Positions 21,219-29,939 of a stretch of 51,926 nucleotides of DNA are shown here, piece after piece. Within the stretch, counting starts at the first letter, position 1, and every line of letters starts with the position of its first letter. The DNA is from Lentisphaeria bacterium UBA2565 (lineage in GTDB: Bacteria > Verrucomicrobiota > Lentisphaeria > UBA2565): NCBI GenBank assembly GCA_002340265.1, contig DDLT01000057.1, forward strand, positions 1-51,926. The letters are read 5' to 3'. The notes beneath the pieces are model-generated. The model saw nothing but the letters and a program-made list of their open reading frames with translations, did not search any database and was not told the origin of the DNA. The position numbers were made by a program, and so were the translations under genes.

Positions 21219-23165
21219 ATGACCACAGATTCACAACTACCTCCTGAAGTCGAATTGCATTTGAACGATTCTTATCAAATGGCCTATTCTGAAGAAGAGG
21301 ATGATTTAATTCTAGAAAAACAGCAGAACTTTTCTGAATCACAATATTCGGATAAAGAGCTATATGCCGTTGGTGGAATGAAGATGGTTTCCACGGTTTT
21401 AGATGCTAAAACTGACCGAACTATTGCTTTCGCAGAACTGAAAGAGGGTGTCGATTCAAAAGAAAATGTGGGGCGTTTCTTACGTGAGGCACGAATCACG
21501 GCAGCTTTGGAACATCCTAATATTGTGCCGGTTTATGATGTGGGTGTAAAAGATGACGGTTTACCGTATTTTACGATGAAATTTCTCCAAGGGGAAACGC
21601 TGAAGAAGGTTTTGCGTGAACTTTTAAAATCCAACCCGGTCTATGTGAAGAAATACCCGCTTAACTCTCTCTTAGAAGTTTTTATGAAAATTTGCGAAGC
21701 TGTAGCTTTTGCCCACTCTTGCGGCGTGCTTCACCTCGACATAAAACCTGAAAATATCATGATTGGAAAATATGGAGAGGTGTATCTTTGTGATTGGGGA
21801 ATTGCAAAGATTGTGACTAATCATGAAAATCTTCATACAGGAGTGGCGACGCTTGATGCAGATGTGTTGAATGACATTACCCTAAGTGGAGTCGTTAAAG
21901 GTACGTCGGGTTTTATGGCTCCGGAACAGGTTGACGACTCGTTTGGTAAAAAAGATGTTCAGACGGATGTTTATTCTCTCGGCGCACTTTTCTATAATAT
22001 TTTAAGCTTACGTCAACCTTTTTCTGGTAAATCAGCACAAGAGGTCTTGGAGCTGACTGTGTCTAAGGAGACGTTTTCAAACAGGTTTATGTCGAACTGG
22101 GATGTGACTGATGCGTTGAAGGCGATCTGTTTTAAAGCGGCAAGCACGGTTAAATCGAATAGATACGGTTCTGTTGAAGAGCTGATAGCTGACATTCGTT
22201 TTTATCAAAGTGGCTTTGCTACCAAGGCGGAAGACACCAATTTCCGTAAAGAGTTTTTCCTTTACTTTAAGCGTCACAAGTTTTTGGGATTTGGTATACT
22301 GTTTTTTGTTTTGAGTTTTATTTTAATGTTTGTAGTTGTGAGCCACCTAAGCGAAGAGCGCAGTGTTAACGAGAAGTTGATTGTGGAAGAGAATGAAAAG
22401 ACTGTAGAAAAAATAAAGAGTGCTGCAAAGTCCAGGTTTGCGCGATATGAACGGTCAATCGACAAACTTACCGATTTGCTTAAAGATGAAAAGTTAAAGT
22501 TAGCTGAATTCAAATTGAAGTACGAACCGGTAGCTATCAGCATCAACTTTACCGACGGTGGAGCCGGTTTTTATGCGTCGAAGTCTAATAGAGCAGGAGT
22601 GTATGAACGTGGCTATTGGATGACTCATGCAGGGCGCTGGGAAAGTGGGATATCAACAATAGAATATTTGCGAAATAGTGATGGGGTGGAGACTGAAGTT
22701 GCTTTTCAAATTGCTGAAGGTGCTAGAATTGGAGGAGCTCACGGATCTGACTTTCTAGAGTTAAATAATGACAAAGCCCGCTTTAATAATGTAATGATGG
22801 AGAATTGGACCGACTTTTATGGTACTGCAAGCATTAAGTTTTCAGGACTAAGTAGCTTTGCCTCTGAATATGATGTAATTGTGTATTCTTCTAGACCAAA
22901 CAAAGGTTACAGAGCAAAGTTCTCAATAGAAGATAGACATTTGTTTGTAAATGTGGAAGAAAGACCATCCAGTAGTTTTGTGCGAAGCTCTGCAAGATCT
23001 CTCGAAGAGTTGAGCGAAAATGAAGCATCTACAAATTATGTGGTATTTGAGTCTTTAAAAGGTGACAGTCTTGAACTAAAAATAGAAAATATCTCAAATC
23101 ATTGGGCTGCCATTTCCGGTATTCAAATTGTCCAAAAACAATTACCCATTATTGGTAATCAGTAA
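21219..23165 (+). CDS. Transmembrane Hanks-type Ser/Thr protein kinase with an extracytoplasmic beta-sandwich (malectin/CBM-like) domain
   Basis: HLDIKPENIM, CDWGIAK (DFG equivalent), GFMAPEQ. One TM segment (FLGFGILFFVLSFILMFVVV). C-terminal roughly 250 aa ends ...WAAISGIQIV. Confidence 0.85.
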   Translation: MTTDSQLPPEVELHLNDSYQMAYSEEEDDLILEKQQNFSESQYSDKELYAVGGMKMVSTVLDAKTDRTIAFAELKEGVDSKENVGRFLREARITAALEHPNIVPVYDVGVKDDGLPYFTMKFLQGETLKKVLRELLKSNPVYVKKYPLNSLLEVFMKICEAVAFAHSCGVLHLDIKPENIMIGKYGEVYLCDWGIAKIVTNHENLHTGVATLDADVLNDITLSGVVKGTSGFMAPEQVDDSFGKKDVQTDVYSLGALFYNILSLRQPFSGKSAQEVLELTVSKETFSNRFMSNWDVTDALKAICFKAASTVKSNRYGSVEELIADIRFYQSGFATKAEDTNFRKEFFLYFKRHKFLGFGILFFVLSFILMFVVVSHLSEERSVNEKLIVEENEKTVEKIKSAAKSRFARYERSIDKLTDLLKDEKLKLAEFKLKYEPVAISINFTDGGAGFYASKSNRAGVYERGYWMTHAGRWESGISTIEYLRNSDGVETEVAFQIAEGARIGGAHGSDFLELNNDKARFNNVMMENWTDFYGTASIKFSGLSSFASEYDVIVYSSRPNKGYRAKFSIEDRHLFVNVEERPSSSFVRSSARSLEELSENEASTNYVVFESLKGDSLELKIENISNHWAAISGIQIVQKQLPIIGNQ

Positions 23166-23182
23166 AAAGTTATCTTGTATGT

Positions 23183-23215
23183 CTGTTAACTGCTGACTAC
23201 TTACTGTTAACTGTT
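23183..23215. repeat. Heptad tract (CTG/ACTG every 7 nt); arm flanking the ECF sigma gene stop
   Basis: CT(G/A) trinucleotide (CTG, CTA at 23197) at 23183, 23190, 23197, 23204 and 23211. The reverse complement reads AACAGTT AACAGTA AGTAGTC AGCAGTT. Confidence 0.7.
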
Positions 23216-23803
23216 TTACTCCAGCATTTCACGGAGATTTCTTATTTCCGCATATAATTTCTGCTTTACACGATTTTTATAGATGTAAATTGTGTTCTCT
23301 TCCAAACCGAGCCGTTGAGCTGTTTCTGCAACTGGTTCGTTCCTTAAACTGGCTTGAAAGCACTCCATCGCCTGGGCTGACACTTTTTCTTTAATGGTAT
23401 TGAATGCCCGTTCGGATATATACTTTTCCCATTCATTATGAATTATCTTGTTAATCTCTGCCTTATTGTGACCATCGCTGAATGACTTGAACTCTTCACG
23501 ACTCTTTAAAAGATTTTTATTGGCTTTGATAAAGCTGATAACGGTATTACGGGTAATTGTATAAAGCCAGTTTCTAAAGTAGCCCTTTTTCTGATTATAA
23601 TCGAAGTTCGGAAGTGCCTGCCAAATCTTTAAAAGTGTTTTCTGCGCCAGATCATCACAATCAGACTCATTTACACCCATCTTGATAATTATCGAATAGA
23701 TGAACTTCTTGTAGTAACGATAAAACTCTTCCCACGAACTCTCCGAATCGGAATTCTTGAGTTTCTTGAGCAGTGTTTGTCTTGTGAGATATGTATCAGT
23801 CAT
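23216..23803 (-). CDS. ECF-type RNA polymerase sigma factor (kinase-associated type)
   Basis: Region 2 (DDLAQKTLLKIWQALPNFD...FRNWLYTITRNTVISF) and region 4 HTH (ETAQRLGLEENTIYIYKNRVKQKL). No adjacent anti-sigma gene. Confidence 0.8.
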   Translation of the reverse strand: MTDTYLTRQTLLKKLKNSDSESSWEEFYRYYKKFIYSIIIKMGVNESDCDDLAQKTLLKIWQALPNFDYNQKKGYFRNWLYTITRNTVISFIKANKNLLKSREEFKSFSDGHNKAEINKIIHNEWEKYISERAFNTIKEKVSAQAMECFQASLRNEPVAETAQRLGLEENTIYIYKNRVKQKLYAEIRNLREMLE

Positions 23804-23807
23804 TTTT

Positions 23808-23830
23808 TTCAGTTATCAGTTAGTAGTTAC
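23808..23830. repeat. Heptad tract (TTCAGTT ATCAGTT AGTAGTT); arm flanking the ECF sigma gene start
   Basis: 23810-23827 matches the reverse complement of 23196-23213 at 16 of 18 positions. Confidence 0.7.
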
Positions 23831-24001
23831 ATCTAGCCTTTCGCATCTCGCATCAAAAAAATCAAAAAAACTTAAAAAAGTTGTCCAATAGCAATAAGTG
23901 AAAAGTATACTGGTTTGAATGATTCTTAAAATATCGTGTGATATTTGAATGTCAATTGAATGATTTTTTATAAACAAAAACAACAACATGAGAGGAAGAT
24001 T

Positions 24002-27000
24002 ATGAGTACGTTTCTTAAGAAAGGTATGTTTGCTGGATTGCTTCTGACTGGAAGTATGGCAATGGCTGTTGACTTCACTACAAGTGATGCAACAAACGGT
24101 GATGTGTCACCATATTCAACTACCCCATGGAGTCTAAATAGTAGATTCCAGATTAAGGGGGTGTCGGTTACAGGAGAGAATTCAACGTCAATTAATACGT
24201 CTGCGTTAAGTCCAGTCGCTTACTTGGATGACTTTTCTTCTGCTGGTAACGAGGAAAGTGTCGATGTTTATAAGGGGGCTGGTTATAGCTTTAGCATTAC
24301 GCTTCGTGACAATGTAAATGGAACAGGCTGGATTGATGGACAAGTCTGGGTGGACTGGAACCGTGACGGTGACTGGAATGATGCAGGTGAAGCTCTTGGT
24401 CTAATTGGAAACGGTAGTAATCTAGGGCAACAAGAAAAAGCTTTAGTCAAAATAATCAACGTGCCTAGTGGAGCCGCTACGGGTAAAACACGTATGCGTA
24501 TACGTGTCGCAGATGGTGGTGGAGCACACGACTCAAACATGACTCCAGATAGCAACAGCCCAATTGGTTATGGTTATGCTCAGGATTATACAATTAACAT
24601 CACAGCTCCTGCTGTGGCGACACCTGTACTATCTACGTCATTTACTGATTCAGTTATCAACCTATCATGGACTCAAAATGGAAGTGTTGATAATTTCACA
24701 ATTGAAGTAGCTGAAGATGCTGGTTTCTCAACAATGGTTACTGGATATCCAAAAACTACGGCTGATGATACAGTGTTGTCAGATACTGTGACAGGTCTAA
24801 ATCCAGGGCAAACTTATTATGTTCGAGTTAAGTCTAATTCTGGAGCAGCTAGCTCGCCTTACGCGGTTGACTCTGCACGAATCTATCAGAATAAAGTTAG
24901 CAACGATGGTGTAGATTACTATAACTATACTTGGGGAACAAATCGCTTCCAGATTAGAAATGTACAGACAACTAATGCTTCTGTTAATATTAATTATTCT
25001 GATCCAGATAATCAAAGTGATACAACTAACCCTCCATATTTCTCAGACCATGCCGGTGATGTAGTGCCTGCTCAAGTACTACAGAATAGCTCATTTGATC
25101 TAAGTGTTACTCTTAAGAGATAGAACAAACGGTGGTGGTTGGGCAGCTGGTAAAGTATGGATTGACTGGAATGCTGACGGTGACTGGGATGACGCCAATG
25201 AAGAAATAGGTGAAATGAGCGCTGCTGTCGGTGGCCAGGAAGTTGTATATCCATTCTCAGTAACTGTTCCAGCAGGAACAGCTCTAGGTAATAAGCGTAT
25301 GCGTATTCGCACTAATGACAACTCGACAGCTATTGATCCACACGGAGCCGATGGCAGATCAGGTACAGCACAGGACTACTTGATTGCAGTTGTTGATGTA
25401 GTTCCAGATATCGAAATCACTGGTTACGATGCAATTTCAGATGTACTTGTAAGAGCAAACGATACCGCAGTGGATACAGTTGCTGAAGTTCAGGGGTTAC
25501 TACCTTCTACTGTAACTATTAGCGGAACTTCTGATACGCGTTCCGTAACATGGACTACTGATAGTACTCCTGCTTATGATAACTCTTCGGCTGGTACATA
25601 TGTGTTTACTGCGACTCTTGGTGCAATTCCAAGTGGTTATAAAGACGATACTGCTGAAACTGTAACCGCAAATGTGGTTGTAACTGATTCATTCGGTGTA
25701 GAGGTTTTAACAGCTGCTGACTCAATTGTGTCTACAGCAAATCTTACAGGTACTGCGTTCAGTATGTCAGGATAGATCAAAGTTGATAGCACTGGTGCAA
25801 GAGGTTGTTTTGCGACAATTGGTACAGATGGAACAGATGCAACGGATGTAAATCCAAACGCATTTGGTTTTTGGGTTACGCCATCAACTGGACTATTACA
25901 GTTCTGGAATGGAACATTCACTAGTGTTCCTGTTGAAACCTACGTACTACCAAGAGATCAATGGCTTCACATTGCAATTACTGGATCAACAACGTCATCT
26001 AATAAACTGTATGTGAATGGTACGATGGTATGGGATACCACCGTAAATCAAGGTGCAGTTACTGGCGCAACACTTGAACTAGGTGCGACAAATTCGAATA
26101 ATCCAGATGAATCCATTAGTAAAGTCTCTTATGATGAAATAGCTGTGTTCTCTAAAGAATTAACTGCTCAGGAAGTGTCTGATATTTACGATGGAGGAAC
26201 TGGTCACGAACTGGATTCTTCATATGACAGTATGGAATTATACTGGAGATTTGAGGATGACCCTCAAGCCTCTACAGTTGCCGACAGTGATGATGGCAAT
26301 GACTCTGCAGGAACTATCTCAGGAACACAAGGTACTTCGTTCCGTTGGGTTTCTGGTGTAACAGTAGGTTCTGTAATTACCCCTGCGATCGGTCTTGAAC
26401 TATCTCTTGAAGGTACAGAACTTGTTTGGACCGTTGAAGATGAAGTTGGTGTAAAAGAGTACCGTATTATCAATGCTGCAACTAAAGAGGTTCTAGAAGT
26501 TGTTCTAGCTGTTGATGCAGACTTCTACTCTGTTGAAGTTCCAGAAGGTGTTGAAGTAGAACTTGTGGTTGTTGACGAATCTGGTTTCTCAAAACCTTAT
26601 GCGCCAACTGACGGTAATGTAAAAATCGAGATCTACGACCTTGCAGAAGGTTGGAACTTGATCGCGATCACGTCTGATGATGCGGATCTTGAAACGCTTA
26701 AAGATGAAACCGTCGGCGTACTTTGGGGCTGGAACGGGTTCGCTTACGAAGTAACTGAAACAGCAAGCGCTACAGACGCTGTATGGGTTTACTCTCCAAT
26801 CGCGAAACAGGTTTACGTTTCAGGTACTAAATCTGATACAAAAATCAATCTAAATCTTGGTTGGAACATGGTTGGTCCAGTTACAGAAACTGAAGTTCCA
26901 GCAGAAGCTGCGTCAGTATTCAGCTGGGGCGACAAGATCTACAATACAATTGCTGAAGAACAGGGTGTTCTAATTGGCGGAAAAGGTTACTGGATCTTCT

Positions 27001-27008
27001 CTCTATAA
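24002..27008 (+). pseudogene. Secreted GEVED x2 / Fn3 / Ig-like / LamG protein with the shared C-terminal domain, disrupted by a 1-nt insertion (about 25115) and an in-frame TAG (25773-25775)
   Basis: Track ORFs 23960..25123, 25104..25775 and 26013..27008 join into one protein colinear with 29940..32957. SVTL|RDRTNGGGW repeats the earlier SITLRDNVNGTGW after a +1 shift. The TAG aligns with the conserved LamG Trp (FMTWVNV in the paralogue). Confidence 0.75.
26379..27008 (+). repeat. Shared C-terminal domain module, copy 1
   Basis: TPAIGLELSLEGTELVWTVEDE...EGWNLIAITSDDADLETLKDETVGVLWGWNG...LNLGWNMVGPV...GGKGYWIFSL. Long near-identical nucleotide runs with copies 2 and 3. Confidence 0.85.
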
Positions 27009-27080
27009 GGTTTCAGGTTACAAGTTGTAAGGTTGCAAGTTTTTAACCTGTAACCTTTAACTTTAAAACCTTTAACTTAG
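27009..27080. repeat. Heptad tract that switches from GGTT/AGTT words to AACC/AACT words
   Basis: GGTT or AGTT at 27009, 27016, 27023, 27031 and 27038. AACC or AACT at 27045, 27052, 27059, 27067 and 27074. Confidence 0.7.
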
Positions 27081-27127
27081 ATAAAATTTCTTCTCCCTAG
27101 AATGCGGACGGTTTTCCGCATTCGGTT

Positions 27128-27157
27128 AGCTGCGATCGAAAGGTCGCAGCTTTTTTT
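27128..27157 (+). terminator. Intrinsic terminator
   Basis: AGCTGCGA-tcgaaagg-TCGCAGCT followed by seven T. Confidence 0.8.
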
Positions 27158-27243
27158 GTTTAAACAATTGAACTGCGGTGAGAAGTCGATAGCTTAGAAT
27201 ATCTATTAGATTGAGTTAAACTTTATTTTACATGTTAGTTTTT

Positions 27244-29163
27244 ATGAGTGAATTGGATTTCGACAATTTATCTGAAAGCCTTCAGGACAAACTTCAGGAT
27301 TTTTATCATAGCCCTGAAGAGGAAAGTGAGTCGTCGGTAATTGCAGATGAGTTTTTATCTCTGGAGAAACGCTTCGGGACAAAAACACAGCATGCAAAAG
27401 GCGGTATGAAGCAGGTTTTTAAGGTTGATGACCTTAGAACAAGACGACCTGTGGCACTTGCAGCTTTACGGGATGAAAGCACGGTTTCGAGTGAAAACAT
27501 TGGTCGTTTTTTGCGAGAAGCGCGTATTACAGCGGCTTTGGAACATCCGAACATTGTGCCGATATATGACATTGGTATGGATGAGGTTGGAAAACCGTTT
27601 TTTACAATGAAGTTTCTAAAGGATCAAAGTCTGAAAAAGATTCTAAAGGAGTTGGCAAAACAAAATCCTATTTATACAAAGAAATATACTTTTACCGTAC
27701 TTTTAGATATTTTCATGAAAATCTGCGATGCCGTTGGGTTTGCTCATTCCTGCAAAATTATTCACCTCGATCTGAAACCTGAAAATATTATGATTGGAGA
27801 CTACGGTGAGGTTTATGTCTGCGACTGGGGTCTGGCAAAGCTTCTAGGTTCAGTGGATGAGGATATTACTGGAACTCGCAAACTCGACCCGACAGAATTG
27901 AATTCCTATACGCTTTCCGGAGTTATAAAAGGCACACCCGGTTTTATGGCTCCAGAACAAGTTGATTTAACCTTTGGAACTAAAGATTTTCGAACCGATG
28001 TATATGCTCTTGGCGCGTTGTTGTATGCACTGCTTACTTTTCGACAGCCATTTTATGGATTAAAGAATGATAAGATCCTTGAAAAAACGCTTCATGATTT
28101 GCCAAAGCCAATTGAAGAGTTGAGTTATCGACCTGTACCGGAGGGCATTACTGCAATCTGCCGAAAAGCAATGGCAAAAAATCCTGATATTAGATATCAA
28201 AATGTGAATCAGTTAATTAAAGATATCCGCTTTTTCCAGGAAGGTTTCGCGACAAAGGCTGAAGAAATTACAATTAAAAAATCATTGGTACTTTCTTATA
28301 AACGTAACAAATTCAAATATGTTGTTTTTTCTTTGATTGCGACTTTCTCGTTAATTGCATACTTTGCGATTTCCACTAAAATGGATTCAATGCAAAAAGA
28401 TTTCGATGCAAAATATCAGCAACTTAGTGACAAGAAAGATCAAAAATTTGAGAAGTTTAGAGAACGCGCATTAAAAAGTTCTTCAAAATTGAAAAAGAGT
28501 TTGAGTCAGTCAGCTGTGTCGTACGAATCGTTAGAGAAAAACTATGACAACATTGTGCTAAGTCCTCCGTTATTTGTCGGAGACGGGATAACCTTTGAGG
28601 CTAATGGCTCGGCGCTTGCTGATGAAAATTTCATTTTTCGTTCTGGAACACTTTCTTTCTGGTTTAAAATTAAAGAAGGTTCAGCCAATCAAGTGTCATT
28701 CTTCCAGCTGGGAAATATGAAATGGTATCTCGATAACCGTAAAGGGCAAGACAAAGTTAGCGTTAAGGGGGCATCGGTTGCTTTTTCATCTAAAATCTTG
28801 GGTAACTCACAATGGGAAGGCTGGCACCACTTTGCCTGTACGGTTTTGAAAAGCGGAGTTGTAATGCTTTACCTCGATGGAAATTCTCAGTACATAGGAG
28901 CTATTTATGATGGTAAGCAACTAGGGATGAGTTTAGGTGCAGTCGTTTCAACGACAGTAATTCCAAGTTTCAGTGGAAGTTTAGATGAGATTACAGTTTG
29001 GCAAAAGGTCCTCTCGCCGAATGATATAAAGATGCTGCATCATAAAGGAATTAGAGGCGATGAAGAAGGATTAAAAGCCTACTATAACCTTAATAAAGAC
29101 CTTAAAGATTCTGTAGGTAATGAACCCGAATTGAAAGTGCTGGGAAAAATTCGTTTCGATTAA
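27244..29163 (+). CDS. Transmembrane Hanks-type Ser/Thr protein kinase with an extracytoplasmic LamG-like domain
   Basis: HLDLKPENIM, CDWGLAK, GFMAPEQ. TM segment YVVFSLIATFSLIAYFAI. LamG pattern GTLSFWFKIK...WHHFACTV...MLYLDGNS...GSLDEITVWQKVLS. Track start 27232 is also possible. Confidence 0.85.
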   Translation: MSELDFDNLSESLQDKLQDFYHSPEEESESSVIADEFLSLEKRFGTKTQHAKGGMKQVFKVDDLRTRRPVALAALRDESTVSSENIGRFLREARITAALEHPNIVPIYDIGMDEVGKPFFTMKFLKDQSLKKILKELAKQNPIYTKKYTFTVLLDIFMKICDAVGFAHSCKIIHLDLKPENIMIGDYGEVYVCDWGLAKLLGSVDEDITGTRKLDPTELNSYTLSGVIKGTPGFMAPEQVDLTFGTKDFRTDVYALGALLYALLTFRQPFYGLKNDKILEKTLHDLPKPIEELSYRPVPEGITAICRKAMAKNPDIRYQNVNQLIKDIRFFQEGFATKAEEITIKKSLVLSYKRNKFKYVVFSLIATFSLIAYFAISTKMDSMQKDFDAKYQQLSDKKDQKFEKFRERALKSSSKLKKSLSQSAVSYESLEKNYDNIVLSPPLFVGDGITFEANGSALADENFIFRSGTLSFWFKIKEGSANQVSFFQLGNMKWYLDNRKGQDKVSVKGASVAFSSKILGNSQWEGWHHFACTVLKSGVVMLYLDGNSQYIGAIYDGKQLGMSLGAVVSTTVIPSFSGSLDEITVWQKVLSPNDIKMLHHKGIRGDEEGLKAYYNLNKDLKDSVGNEPELKVLGKIRFD

Positions 29164-29165
29164 GA

Positions 29166-29744
29166 CTACTCAAGAAAGTCTCTAAGATTTTTAATCTCAG
29201 CAGTGAGCGCGTTTTTAACCCGCATTTTATATACGTAAACACTATTTTCTGACAAGCCGTGCTTCTTTGCAGTAACTTCAGTTTTCTCTCCCTCAAGGCT
29301 TGCCAAAAACACCTGCATTGCAACTTCCGATACCTTTTCTTTTACTGTATTGAAGGCCAGTGCGGAGATGTGCTTTTCCCATTCATCCCTGATAATGCGG
29401 TCTACTTCCGGCTTGCTGTACTTCTCATCAATCGCAACCACATTCTGCTTTTTGATCTTTCCTTCAGAAATAAAGTTCAAAACCGTATTTTGCGTCACTT
29501 TATAAAGCCAACTTCTAAACTGGCCTTGAGCCTGATTATAATCAAAATTCGGGATTGCCTTCCACACTTTAAGCAGAACACGTTGAAACAAATCATCAGA
29601 ATCCGAATCACTAATCCGCATCTTATTAAAAATCGAAAAGATAAAGCGACGATAATAGTGAACAAATTCCTCCCATGACAACTCGTCATCAGCAGACTTA
29701 AGGCGCTTAAGCAGTGTTTCTCTAGTTAAATATGTGTCAGCCAT
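29166..29744 (-). CDS. ECF-type RNA polymerase sigma factor, paralogue of 23216..23803
   Basis: Same length and motifs (DDLFQRVLLKVWKAIPNFD, FRSWLYKVTQNTVLNF, SENSVYVYKMRVKNAL). Its stop lies 2 nt from the kinase stop. Confidence 0.8.
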   Translation of the reverse strand: MADTYLTRETLLKRLKSADDELSWEEFVHYYRRFIFSIFNKMRISDSDSDDLFQRVLLKVWKAIPNFDYNQAQGQFRSWLYKVTQNTVLNFISEGKIKKQNVVAIDEKYSKPEVDRIIRDEWEKHISALAFNTVKEKVSEVAMQVFLASLEGEKTEVTAKKHGLSENSVYVYKMRVKNALTAEIKNLRDFLE

Positions 29745-29939
29745 AATTACATTTATATATTTATTTCCAAAAAAGTGTAAGGATCTTATAATTGTCCTGT
29801 AGTCTGAAGTGAAGATTGAAAAATAGAACTAGTATTCAACCTTTCTAACATGCTGAAAAAAGTTCTAAAGTCAATGCCGTATGTGCTTAATCGGTATCGT
29901 AAAGAAATCTTTTACCAAAAATTAACAGGAGTAAACAAA

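Noticed and set aside
25109-25123. Programmed +1 ribosomal frameshift at CTT AAG AGA TAG
   Set aside because: The slippery context does not resemble the known prfB-type CUU-UGA site, because the stop lies two codons downstream of the required shift. No upstream Shine-Dalgarno-like stimulator is evident. The same gene also carries an independent nonsense codon, so pseudogenisation fits better.
25104-27008. Track ORFs 25104..25775 and 26013..27008 as independent genes
   Set aside because: Their 'starts' are internal codons with no RBS or signal peptide. Together with 24002..25123 they are colinear, domain for domain, with the intact paralogue 29940..32957.
27009-27080. The GGTT-word / AACC-word tract as a simple perfect hairpin terminator
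   Set aside because: Only one heptad pair (GGTTACA at 27016-27022 with TGTAACC at 27049-27055) is exactly complementary. The arms are out of register elsewhere, and a canonical terminator already exists at 27128-27157. I kept it as a member of the heptad-tract family instead.
27101-27200. Small peptide ORFs starting at the conserved ...GAATG box in the three 3' UTRs
   Set aside because: The three translations (MRTVFRIRLAAIERS..., MGCVVPSVLMATTERS, MFEFDICSAAIESS...) are not conserved as proteins and lack RBSs. Conservation is at the RNA-structure level.
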